DNA from: Erwinia sorbitola
GTDB taxonomy: Bacteria; Pseudomonadota; Gammaproteobacteria; Enterobacterales; Enterobacteriaceae
Length of the DNA stretch: 24,000 bases
NCBI RefSeq assembly: GCF_009738185.1
Contig: NZ_CP046509.1
Span: 1,777,361 to 1,801,360, forward strand
Direction: 5' to 3'
Made by a program: the position numbers and the translations under genes. Below the pieces are notes generated by a model that was not told the origin of the DNA, ran no database searches, and was given only the letters and a program-made list of their open reading frames with translations. Below, piece by piece: positions 7,695 to 15,087 of the stretch (position 1 is the stretch's first letter; the number at the start of each line of letters is the position of its first letter).

Positions 7695-9152
7695 CTAGCG
7701 GAAAGGCGGTTCGTTAAAGGTGCGCAGCTTGCGTGAATGCAGGCGGTCGCCTTCGGCACGCAGCAGGTCAATGGCGCGAATGCCAATCTGTAAGTGTTCG
7801 GAAATCGCCCCTTCATAGAAGCGGTTTGCCTGGCCCGGTAGTTTAATTTCACCGTGCAATGGCTTATCGGAGACGCAGAGCAGGGTGCCGTAAGGAACGC
7901 GGAAGCGATAACCCTGTGCGGCAATGGTCGCGCTCTCCATATCCACCGCCACGGCGCGACTGAGATTAAAGCGCAGCGCAGAAGCAGAATAGCGTAGCTC
8001 CCAGTTGCGGTCGTCGGTAGTAACCACCGTGCCGGTGCGGAGGCGCTCTTTAACCGCTTCTCCCGGCATTCCGCTTACCAGTTTGGTGGCGTCATACAGC
8101 GCACGCTGCACTTCAGCAATACTTGGAATAGGAATATCAGGCGGCAGTACCGCATCCAGTACATGATCGTCGCGCAGATAGGCGTGTGCCAGCACATAGT
8201 CACCAATGCTCTGACTTTCGCGCAGCCCGCCGCAGTGGCCGATCATCAGCCATGCATGGGGGCGCAGCACCGCGAGGTGATCACAGATAGTTTTGGCATT
8301 TGACGGGCCAACGCCGATATTAACCAGCGTAATCCCCTGGCCATCTTTGGCGATCAGGTGCCAGGCGGGCATCTGATGCTTTTTCCACGCCAGATCGGAA
8401 ACCGTCTGCTCCGGGTGCGGTGTATCGCCAGTGATCGTGATGCCACCTGCGCAGGAGAGTGCCTGGTAAGGCGAGTCCGGGTCAGCAATCTGTGCGCAGG
8501 CCCACAGTACAAACTCATCGACGTAACGCGTGTAATTAGTGAAAAGCACGTAGGGCTGGAAATCTTCTACCGGGGTGCCGGTGTAATGGCGCAGACGTGC
8601 CAGCGAAAAATCGGTGCGCAGGGCATCAAAGTGCGAGAGCGGGAAAGTCTCCCCCGGGGGCAGCAGGCCGTCAGCATTTTCATCGCCAATCTGCGACAGT
8701 TCAGTGGTAGGAAAATGCTGGGCAATACCGGCACTCATGCTGCGATCCAGGGCCAGGCTGGAGCCGTCGATCACATAGGGAAACGGGATCTCCTGCTCTG
8801 ACGGCAGCACATCGATCTGCACCTGATATTCGCTGGTCAGTATTGACAGCTGCTCGCTGAGATAGTGGCGCAGCAGTGCCGGGCGGGTGATGGTGGTGCT
8901 GTAGTTTCCGGCGCGGGTAAAGCGTCCAAAGGCACGGGTAAGACGTTGTGAAGGTGCGATGCCGTTCCAGCTAACGCGCAGCTGCGGATAGACAAACAGA
9001 CCTGCTGCACGCTGTGTCGCATCGGGCAGGCTGCCATCAGCAACAAAGGCGTTAATGGCGTCGCGCAGGGCTTCTACCGCCGCGTTGTAATGGTTTTCCA
9101 GGCTGTCGAGCGCCTCAGTGACGGTCAGGGATCGTGCTACGGGGTAAGTCAT
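7695..9152 (-). CDS. amn: AMP nucleosidase
   Basis: The protein is colinear with remembered E. coli Amn (GLFVYP.L.V.W.G...; C-terminal PNP/UDP phosphorylase-type domain ...DMESATIAAQGYRFRVPYGTLLCVSDKPLHGEIKLPG...). I place the start at ATG 9152 (MTYPVARSL...), which has a perfect SD (AAGGAGATAACATG). The ORF-track start at 9176 has none. Confidence 0.92.
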   Translation of the reverse strand: MTYPVARSLTVTEALDSLENHYNAAVEALRDAINAFVADGSLPDATQRAAGLFVYPQLRVSWNGIAPSQRLTRAFGRFTRAGNYSTTITRPALLRHYLSEQLSILTSEYQVQIDVLPSEQEIPFPYVIDGSSLALDRSMSAGIAQHFPTTELSQIGDENADGLLPPGETFPLSHFDALRTDFSLARLRHYTGTPVEDFQPYVLFTNYTRYVDEFVLWACAQIADPDSPYQALSCAGGITITGDTPHPEQTVSDLAWKKHQMPAWHLIAKDGQGITLVNIGVGPSNAKTICDHLAVLRPHAWLMIGHCGGLRESQSIGDYVLAHAYLRDDHVLDAVLPPDIPIPSIAEVQRALYDATKLVSGMPGEAVKERLRTGTVVTTDDRNWELRYSASALRFNLSRAVAVDMESATIAAQGYRFRVPYGTLLCVSDKPLHGEIKLPGQANRFYEGAISEHLQIGIRAIDLLRAEGDRLHSRKLRTFNEPPFR

Positions 9153-9212
9153 GTTATCTCCTTGAATCGTGTGCACGTTTGTCTTACAGATTTACTGAAG
9201 ATAACACCATAA

Positions 9213-10403
9213 TTAGCTGCTGGCACCCGGCTCAAGGCTGAATTTTACCTGCTCTTCCAGCGGCTGTGGGGCATCATCTAGCATTGCCATCAGGCGCTGA
9301 CCCACCTGATGGCCGAGCTTTTCGTAATTAAGGCGCATTGAGGTCAGCGCCGGAAAGGTGTGATCGCAATTGGCTGAACCGTCGAGGCATGCCACCGCCA
9401 TATCGTAGGGAACTTTGAGCAGCCGCCGCTGGCACTCCGAAAGCACGCCGAAGGCTATCTCCTCATGGCTACAGATAATTGCATCCAGATCCGGCTGATT
9501 TTGCAGCAGCTGGCCCAAAGCATAGCGGCCAAACTCTAAGCTGGGCGCATCGGGAACGGTAATCATCAGATCGGCATTTTGATAGTGCGCCATCATCGCT
9601 TTATGCCAGCCGTTAAGCTGCTGCTTGTGCAGGCGGTTATCAGTCTGCGCACCAATAAAAGCAATCCGGCGGTAGCCTTTGTCCAGCAGATGTGTGGTCA
9701 GCCGTTCGGCGGCGTCGTTGATGGCAATATCGAGGATGATATCAGCAGAAAAACGCTCTGCGCCGCAGACATTTACCGTTACCAGTTCTGCGGACTCAAT
9801 CAGGTCGCAGGTCTTTTTTGACAGCTGCGCACCAAAAAGCACCAGCGCCGAAGGGCGGTGTTGCAGTAGTTTCTCTACCAGCGGCGTTTCACCGTACTGA
9901 TGGTATTCATGACAGGCCATAATCAGCTGAAAAGGCTGTTTACTCAGGGTTTGTTGCAATGCCTGAACAAAACGGGTGCTGGCGCGGTCATGCTGAAAGG
10001 GATAGAGCACCGCTACCGTATGCAGCTGGGATGAGGCCAGCGTGGCAGCGGCCTGATTGGGCACGTAGCCGAGAGTGATAACAGCCTGCTGAATCTTCTT
10101 TAATGAGGCATCAGACACCTGGCTCGGATCACGTAATGCGCGTGAAACCGTCATCGGTCCGACGCCTGCATGGCGGGCAACATCCTGAAGTGTTACGCGC
10201 GTACCGCTCTGGGCTGCCAGTTCACTGGCCTCCGGGCTGGCCTCATAGCCGAGTGCGCGGGCGGCCTGTTCCACTTTACTGCGGACTTTTTCAGAAACCA
10301 GCTCAGGTGTGCGCATTACGCGCGACACGGTCATGGCCCCAACGCCGACGTAATCGGCCACATCCTGTAGCGTCACCCGACCACTACTGCGACGCTTGCG
10401 CAT
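9213..10403 (-). CDS. LacI/GalR-family transcriptional regulator (GntR/IdnR-like) with a duplicated N-terminal HTH domain
   Basis: 396 aa. ATG 10403 is preceded by AGGAG with 8-nt spacing. There are two consecutive LacI-type HTH segments: RVTLQDVADYVGVGAMTVSRVMRTPELVSEKVRSKVEQAARALGY (about residues 9-53) and RVTLQDVARHAGVGPMTVSRALRDPSQVSDASLKKIQQAVITLGYVPNQAAATLAS (about residues 69-123). A periplasmic-binding-protein-like effector domain follows. Confidence 0.88.
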   Translation of the reverse strand: MRKRRSSGRVTLQDVADYVGVGAMTVSRVMRTPELVSEKVRSKVEQAARALGYEASPEASELAAQSGTRVTLQDVARHAGVGPMTVSRALRDPSQVSDASLKKIQQAVITLGYVPNQAAATLASSQLHTVAVLYPFQHDRASTRFVQALQQTLSKQPFQLIMACHEYHQYGETPLVEKLLQHRPSALVLFGAQLSKKTCDLIESAELVTVNVCGAERFSADIILDIAINDAAERLTTHLLDKGYRRIAFIGAQTDNRLHKQQLNGWHKAMMAHYQNADLMITVPDAPSLEFGRYALGQLLQNQPDLDAIICSHEEIAFGVLSECQRRLLKVPYDMAVACLDGSANCDHTFPALTSMRLNYEKLGHQVGQRLMAMLDDAPQPLEEQVKFSLEPGASS

Positions 10404-10428
10404 TCTGGTTTCTCCTGATTTTTTGATT

Positions 10429-10935
10429 CCACGGTGGCGGGCGAGGCATGCCTCGCCCCTACAGCGCCGTGGATATTGAGTCGTTGGCGCATCCCGTTTC
10501 CGTCATGGCGGGCGAGGCATGCCTCGCCCCTACAGCGCCGTGGATATTGAGTCGTTGGCGCATCCAGTTCCCGTCATGGCGGGCGAGGCATGCCTCGCCC
10601 CTGCAGCGCCGTGGATATTGAGTCGTTGGCGCATTCAGTTCCCGTCATGGCGGGCGAGGCATGCCTCGCCCCTGCAGCGCCGTTGATACTGTGTTGTTAG
10701 CGCTTCCGATCCCTGTAGGGGTCAGGCATGCCTCGCCCCTGCAGCGCCGTGGATATTGAGTCGTTGGCGCATCCAGTTCCCGTTATGGCGGGCGAGGCAT
10801 GCCTCGCCCCTACAGTGCCGTTGATATTGAGTCGTTGGCGCATCCAGTTCCCGTCATGCCTCGCCCCTGCAGCGCCGTTGATACTGTGTTGTTAGCGCTT
10901 CCGATCCCTGTAGGGGTCAGGCATGCCTGACCCAG
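10429..10935. repeat. Tandem array of about 8 palindrome-containing units (71-bp and 67-bp variants), REP/BIME-like
   Basis: The palindrome GGGCGAGGCATGCCTCGCCC, or a variant of it, is centred at 10448/9, 10519/20, 10590/1, 10661/2, 10728/9, 10799/800, 10856/7 and 10923/4. The spacings are 71, 71, 71, 67, 71, 57 and 67 bp. The linkers are also repeated, in two types: ...CGCCGTGGATATTGAGTCGTTGGCGCATCCAGTTCCCGTCATGG and ...CGCCGTTGATACTGTGTTGTTAGCGCTTCCGATCCCTGTAGG. The copy at 10856 lacks the left palindrome arm. Confidence 0.9.
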
Positions 10936-11106
10936 TCAGTTTGCCGCGACAGGCTTCCGGCAACAACTTATTCTCCGGCTGATGATAAGCCGATCACAAT
11001 TAATGATAGTTATAACAGTTAGCGTTATCTTTTTAGATGCTCATCACATTAATCCGGTCGTTGTCGCACTACTCTGCTCGGGCGATTAGAGAGAGGTGAC
11101 ACTAAA

Positions 11107-11550
11107 ATGCTTAAAGAATTACTGACAGCCGACGTTGTTCAGATTATCCCTGCCTGCGCTGACTGGCGTGAGGCTGTCTCACTTTCCTGTCAGCCACTGC
11201 GTGATAACGGCACCATTGAAGCCAGCTATGTCGAGGCAATTTACCGCTCGCATGAGGCTATTGGTCCATATTACGTCGTTGGCCCCGGTATCGCTATGCC
11301 TCATGCACGTCCTGAAGATGGTGCCAACAAAATGGGCGTCAGTCTGACGGTGATCCGCGAGGGCGTGAATTTTGATTCTGACGGCAATGACCCGGTACAT
11401 CTGCTGATCGTGCTGGCCGCGACCGACAGTAACAGCCATATCGGCATTATTACCGCGCTCGCCCATCTTTTCGATACCCCTGAAGATACCGCGTCGCTGA
11501 TGGCAGCGACAGAGGTTGAACAGATTTTATCCATTGTTTCACGTTACTAA
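11107..11550 (+). CDS. PTS EIIA component, ascorbate/mannitol-fructose (EIIA-2) type
   Basis: 147 aa with SD GAGAGAGGTGA. The motif GIAMPHARPE carries the phosphorylatable His typical of PTS_EIIA_2 (UlaC/SgaA-like). Confidence 0.85.
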   Translation: MLKELLTADVVQIIPACADWREAVSLSCQPLRDNGTIEASYVEAIYRSHEAIGPYYVVGPGIAMPHARPEDGANKMGVSLTVIREGVNFDSDGNDPVHLLIVLAATDSNSHIGIITALAHLFDTPEDTASLMAATEVEQILSIVSRY

Positions 11551-11575
11551 TTCACCCCAGGAAAAGGAAAATACA

Positions 11576-11863
11576 ATGAAAATTACCGTGGTATGTGGCA
11601 ACGGTCTCGGTACCAGCCTGATGATGGAAATGAGTATTAAAAGTATCGTTAAAGAACTGGGTGTTAACGCGGAAGTTGACCATGTCGATCTTGGTTCAGC
11701 TAAAGGCACCGCCAGCGATATTTTCGTCGGCACCTCTGATATTGCCGAGCAGCTGGTGGCACAGCAGGTGGGTGGCAAGATTGTCTCCCTGAAAAACATG
11801 GTAGATAAAGTGGCGATGAAAGAGCGCATCTCTGCGGCGTTGACCGAACTCGGCGCATTATAA
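11576..11863 (+). CDS. PTS EIIB component, ascorbate (UlaB/SgaB) type
   Basis: I take the start at ATG 11576 (MKITVVCGNGLGTSLMM...), preceded by AAAAGGAAAA. The active-site Cys lies in the VVCGNGLGTS loop typical of UlaB-type IIB. The 20 codons upstream in the ORF track overlap the IIA stop and lack an SD. Confidence 0.85.
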   Translation: MKITVVCGNGLGTSLMMEMSIKSIVKELGVNAEVDHVDLGSAKGTASDIFVGTSDIAEQLVAQQVGGKIVSLKNMVDKVAMKERISAALTELGAL

Positions 11864-11873
11864 GGAAGCCAGA

Positions 11874-13133
11874 ATGGAATTTTTCCGTTTCTTAATGAGC
11901 GATGTGTTATCCGAACCCTCTATTCTGGTGGGGCTGATAGCGCTAATCGGTCTGGTGGCGCAGAAAAAACCGGCCACTGAAGTTATCAAAGGCACGGTGA
12001 AAACCGTAATGGGCTTCCTGATCCTCGGGGCAGGGGCCGGACTGATCGTCTCTTCACTGGGCGACTTTGCGGCTATCTTCCATCATGCTTTCGGTATTCC
12101 GGGTGTCGTGCCGAACAACGAAGCGATTGTTGCTGTAGCGCAGAAGAGTTTCGGCACTGAGATGGCGATGATTATGTTCTTCGCTATGGTGATTAACATC
12201 GCTATTGCCCGCTTTACACCATGGAAATATATCTTCCTCACTGGTCATCACACGCTGTTTATGTCGATGATGGTTGCGGTGATCCTGGCAACCGCAGGGA
12301 TGAAAGGTGCCAGCCTGATTGCCGTAGGTTCGCTGGTAGTTGGTGTATCGATGGTGTTTTTCCCGGCGATTATCCATCCGTATATGAAGAAGGTGACCGG
12401 ATCTGACGATGTGGCTTTTGGTCACTTCTCGGCAATCTCTCAGCTACTTTCCGCCTGGATCGGCAGTAAATTCGGTAATAAAGAGAAGTCTACCGAAGAT
12501 ATGGAAGTGCCGAAAAGTCTGCTGTTCCTGCGTGATACGCCGGTGGCGATCGCCTTTACCATGTTCTTTATCTTTATCTTCACTTGTCTGGTAGCAGGCC
12601 CGTCCACGGTGAAAGAGATGAATGCCGGTGGTAAAAACTGGTTTATGTTCTCGCTGATGCAGTCCATCACCTTTGCTGCCGGTGTCTACATTGTGCTTCA
12701 GGGTGTGCGGATGGTGATTGCCGAAATCGTCCCGGCGTTTAAGGGGATCTCTGACAAACTGGTGCCAAACGCAAAACCGGCACTCGACTGCCCGGTGGTG
12801 TTCCCTTATGCACCCAATGCTGTGCTGGTGGGCTTTCTGAGCAGCTTTGCCGCCGGGGTGCTGGGGATGTTCCTGCTGTATGCGCTGAATATGACGGTGA
12901 TCATTCCGGGCGTGGTGCCGCACTTCTTCGTCGGCGCTGCCGCCGGGGTGTTCGGTAATGCCACCGGCGGCCGCCGTGGCGCCATCCTTGGTGCCTTCAC
13001 CAATGGCCTGCTGATCACCTTTATTCCGGTGTTCCTGCTGCCGGTGCTGGGCAGTATTGGACTGGCGAACACCACCTTCAGTGACTCGGATTTCGGTGCT
13101 GTCGGTATCCTTTTAGGTCTGATTGTACGTTAA
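11874..13133 (+). CDS. PTS EIIC component, ascorbate family (UlaA/SgaT-like)
   Basis: 419-aa polytopic membrane protein with SD AAGGAAG. It shares the UlaA signature region QGVRM..AEIVPAFKGISDKLVPNAKPALDCPVVFPYAPNAVLVGF. Confidence 0.88.
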   Translation: MEFFRFLMSDVLSEPSILVGLIALIGLVAQKKPATEVIKGTVKTVMGFLILGAGAGLIVSSLGDFAAIFHHAFGIPGVVPNNEAIVAVAQKSFGTEMAMIMFFAMVINIAIARFTPWKYIFLTGHHTLFMSMMVAVILATAGMKGASLIAVGSLVVGVSMVFFPAIIHPYMKKVTGSDDVAFGHFSAISQLLSAWIGSKFGNKEKSTEDMEVPKSLLFLRDTPVAIAFTMFFIFIFTCLVAGPSTVKEMNAGGKNWFMFSLMQSITFAAGVYIVLQGVRMVIAEIVPAFKGISDKLVPNAKPALDCPVVFPYAPNAVLVGFLSSFAAGVLGMFLLYALNMTVIIPGVVPHFFVGAAAGVFGNATGGRRGAILGAFTNGLLITFIPVFLLPVLGSIGLANTTFSDSDFGAVGILLGLIVR

Positions 13134-13150
13134 TCGTTGCTTAATTAGTC

Positions 13151-13194
13151 AGGGGCCGCTCTGTTTTCAGCGGCCCCTCCTTATTTATCCTTTT
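13151..13194 (+). terminator. Rho-independent terminator of the PTS operon
   Basis: 10-bp stem AGGGGCCGCT (13151-13160) / AGCGGCCCCT (13169-13178) with an 8-nt loop, followed by the T-rich CCTTATTTATCCTTTT. Confidence 0.8.
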
Positions 13195-13346
13195 ACTGAT
13201 ACCCCCCTCTATCTTCCATGATGCGCATCAAGTTCAATTTCACCTCACGCTATTAAGATAATTCTGTTCAATATGCCGTTAATAATATGAAGAATCTTGT
13301 CAGGGACGGCTTTTATTTACCGGGAACATCACCGTGAGTCAGAATC

Positions 13347-14252
13347 ATGAACCTGAAGCAACTCTACTATTTTAGGCGCCTGGCCGAAAAAGAGCATTAT
13401 ACTGCCGCCGCTGCCAGCCTGTTTATTACCCAGCCCTCTCTCAGCCACGCTATTTCTGAACTGGAAAAAGAACTTGGCGTGATGCTGTTTGCAAAGCAGG
13501 GAAGAAATATACGTATTACCGAAGAGGGAAAACAGTTTCTGCCCTATGTGGAAAAGGCCATTGCTGAACTGGAGAACGGCTGTGCTGCGCTGCAAAAATT
13601 TAACAGCAACGCACGCGAAACCGTTAACCTGGCTTTTATCTATACCATGGGGGAGCGGGTGGTCCCGCAGCTGATTGAACGCTTTGGCCAGCAGCCCGGG
13701 CAGCCGCCCGCAGACTTCAGCTTCTTCCAGGGCACGACCAGCGCTATCGTGCAGGAGCTGAAAGCTGACAGTTTCGATCTGGCAATCTGCTCACATTTAA
13801 GCCATGAAAATGAGATCGAGTTCACCCCGATTATCAGTCAGGAGCTGGTGCTGGTGACCTCCCGACATCATCCGCTGGCGCAGCGTAATACCATGAGCAT
13901 TGATCTCAGCGAGGCGATGGCGTGGCCATTTGTATTTTTCTCAGAAAAAAGCGGATTAAGACCTTTTATTGATCGGATATTCAGCCAGAAGAATCTGGTT
14001 CCTAAAATTGCCTGTTATGTTGAAGAGGATACGGCGATGGTGGGATTAGTCAGTATTAATTATGGCATTGCCATTATGCCGCGCATTACTACGCTGGATT
14101 ATTCCGATGTGAAAGTAATGAGTATTACCGATCCGGGCGAGACACGTTATATTTATCTGGCGGCACGAAAAGGCCGGCAGTTATCTCCGGTTGCTAATGC
14201 TTTTAAGCAGTTTATTATTCAGCACTGCCAGTCTGAGCTGGAGTTAAAATAA
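13347..14252 (+). CDS. LysR-family transcriptional regulator
   Basis: 301 aa. The N-terminal wHTH is MNLKQLYYFRRLAEKEHYTAAAASLFITQPSLSHAISELEKELGVMLF, followed by a LysR substrate-binding domain. The gene and its 5' flank are visibly more AT-rich than the neighbouring genes. Confidence 0.88.
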   Translation: MNLKQLYYFRRLAEKEHYTAAAASLFITQPSLSHAISELEKELGVMLFAKQGRNIRITEEGKQFLPYVEKAIAELENGCAALQKFNSNARETVNLAFIYTMGERVVPQLIERFGQQPGQPPADFSFFQGTTSAIVQELKADSFDLAICSHLSHENEIEFTPIISQELVLVTSRHHPLAQRNTMSIDLSEAMAWPFVFFSEKSGLRPFIDRIFSQKNLVPKIACYVEEDTAMVGLVSINYGIAIMPRITTLDYSDVKVMSITDPGETRYIYLAARKGRQLSPVANAFKQFIIQHCQSELELK

Positions 14253-14264
14253 AATATCAGCAGT

Positions 14265-14301
14265 AAGGGCGGGTAACCCTGTATCACGGGATACCCGCCT
14301 T
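14265..14301. terminator. Bidirectional hairpin terminator between the convergent LysR gene and aroD
   Basis: AAGGGCGGGTA (14265-14275) pairs with TACCCGCCTT (14292-14301) with one bulged G. It sits in the 53-bp gap between two converging stop codons. Confidence 0.55.
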
Positions 14302-14305
14302 GCTA

Positions 14306-15064
14306 TTAGTGGCTCAGTACATTGAGCATCTCACGCAGCGACTGCACGGCAATCTGCCCCGGAGCCGATGCCTGGCGCGCTGCTCCAAAGGTCATCGCTG
14401 AACCGAACACTTCCCCGGCCAGACGGCTGATCACGCCGGTTTTCCCCATCGACATGGTAATCAGAGGACAGGTGGCGTGTTCCTCTTTCATGGTCAGTGT
14501 GGCATCCAGCAGTACCAGCACATCATGGGGCGACTGCGGCATCACCGCGATTTTCGGCAGGTCAGCACCCAGGGTTTGCATCCGGCAAAGACGGGCAATA
14601 ATCTCCGTTTTACTCGGTGTCTTATGGAAATCATGGTTGCTCATAATCACCTTCACGCCAGCGCTATGTGCCTGGGCGACCAGCGCGCGGATGCGTGGTT
14701 CCTCGTTAAACAGCTCTACATCAATCAAATCCACCAACCCGCTGCGGGCAATCTCGCTATTAAGATTAAAATAGGCATCATCGCTCAGTTCATGCTCGCC
14801 GCCCTCCTTTTTACTGCGGAAGGTAAACAGCAACGGCACCTGCGGCAAAATAGCGCGGACCTGTTGCAGCGCAGCCTTTACGGCATTCACGTCGTCAACG
14901 GACTCAAAGTGGTCAGCGCGCCACTCAATCACATCTGCCTGAATTTCTGCCAGCTGACGGGCATCTTCACTAATGGCGGCCAGTGTGCGTCCTATCAGAG
15001 GAACACAGATTAGCGGTTTGCCTGCGCCAAAAGTGATGTTTTTAACGTTTACGATAGCGGTCAT
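14306..15064 (-). CDS. aroD: 3-dehydroquinate dehydratase, type I
   Basis: 252 aa, the same length as E. coli AroD and colinear with it (EWR.DH..., LLFTFRS.KEGGE, VIMSNHDFHKTP, PKIA.MPQS..DVL.LL.AT, ITMSM.KTGVISRLAGEVFGSA.TFGA...ASAPGQI). The Schiff-base Lys context PKIAVMP is present. Confidence 0.95.
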   Translation of the reverse strand: MTAIVNVKNITFGAGKPLICVPLIGRTLAAISEDARQLAEIQADVIEWRADHFESVDDVNAVKAALQQVRAILPQVPLLFTFRSKKEGGEHELSDDAYFNLNSEIARSGLVDLIDVELFNEEPRIRALVAQAHSAGVKVIMSNHDFHKTPSKTEIIARLCRMQTLGADLPKIAVMPQSPHDVLVLLDATLTMKEEHATCPLITMSMGKTGVISRLAGEVFGSAMTFGAARQASAPGQIAVQSLREMLNVLSH

Positions 15065-15087
15065 AATATTCTCTCTCTGATGGCAGG

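Noticed and set aside
10429-10935. Possible CRISPR array (regularly spaced palindromic repeats).
   Set aside because: The segments between the palindromes are themselves repeated in two linker types rather than being unique spacers. The palindrome is a perfect 20-bp GC hairpin typical of REP elements, and no cas genes or leader are present in the window.
11012-11028. ATAAC-N7-GTTAT inverted repeat upstream of the PTS operon as the LacI-family operator.
   Set aside because: Only 5-bp arms are present. The adjacent TAGCGTTA matches the LacI-family core (AANCGNTT) only partially. This is too weak to annotate without footprinting.
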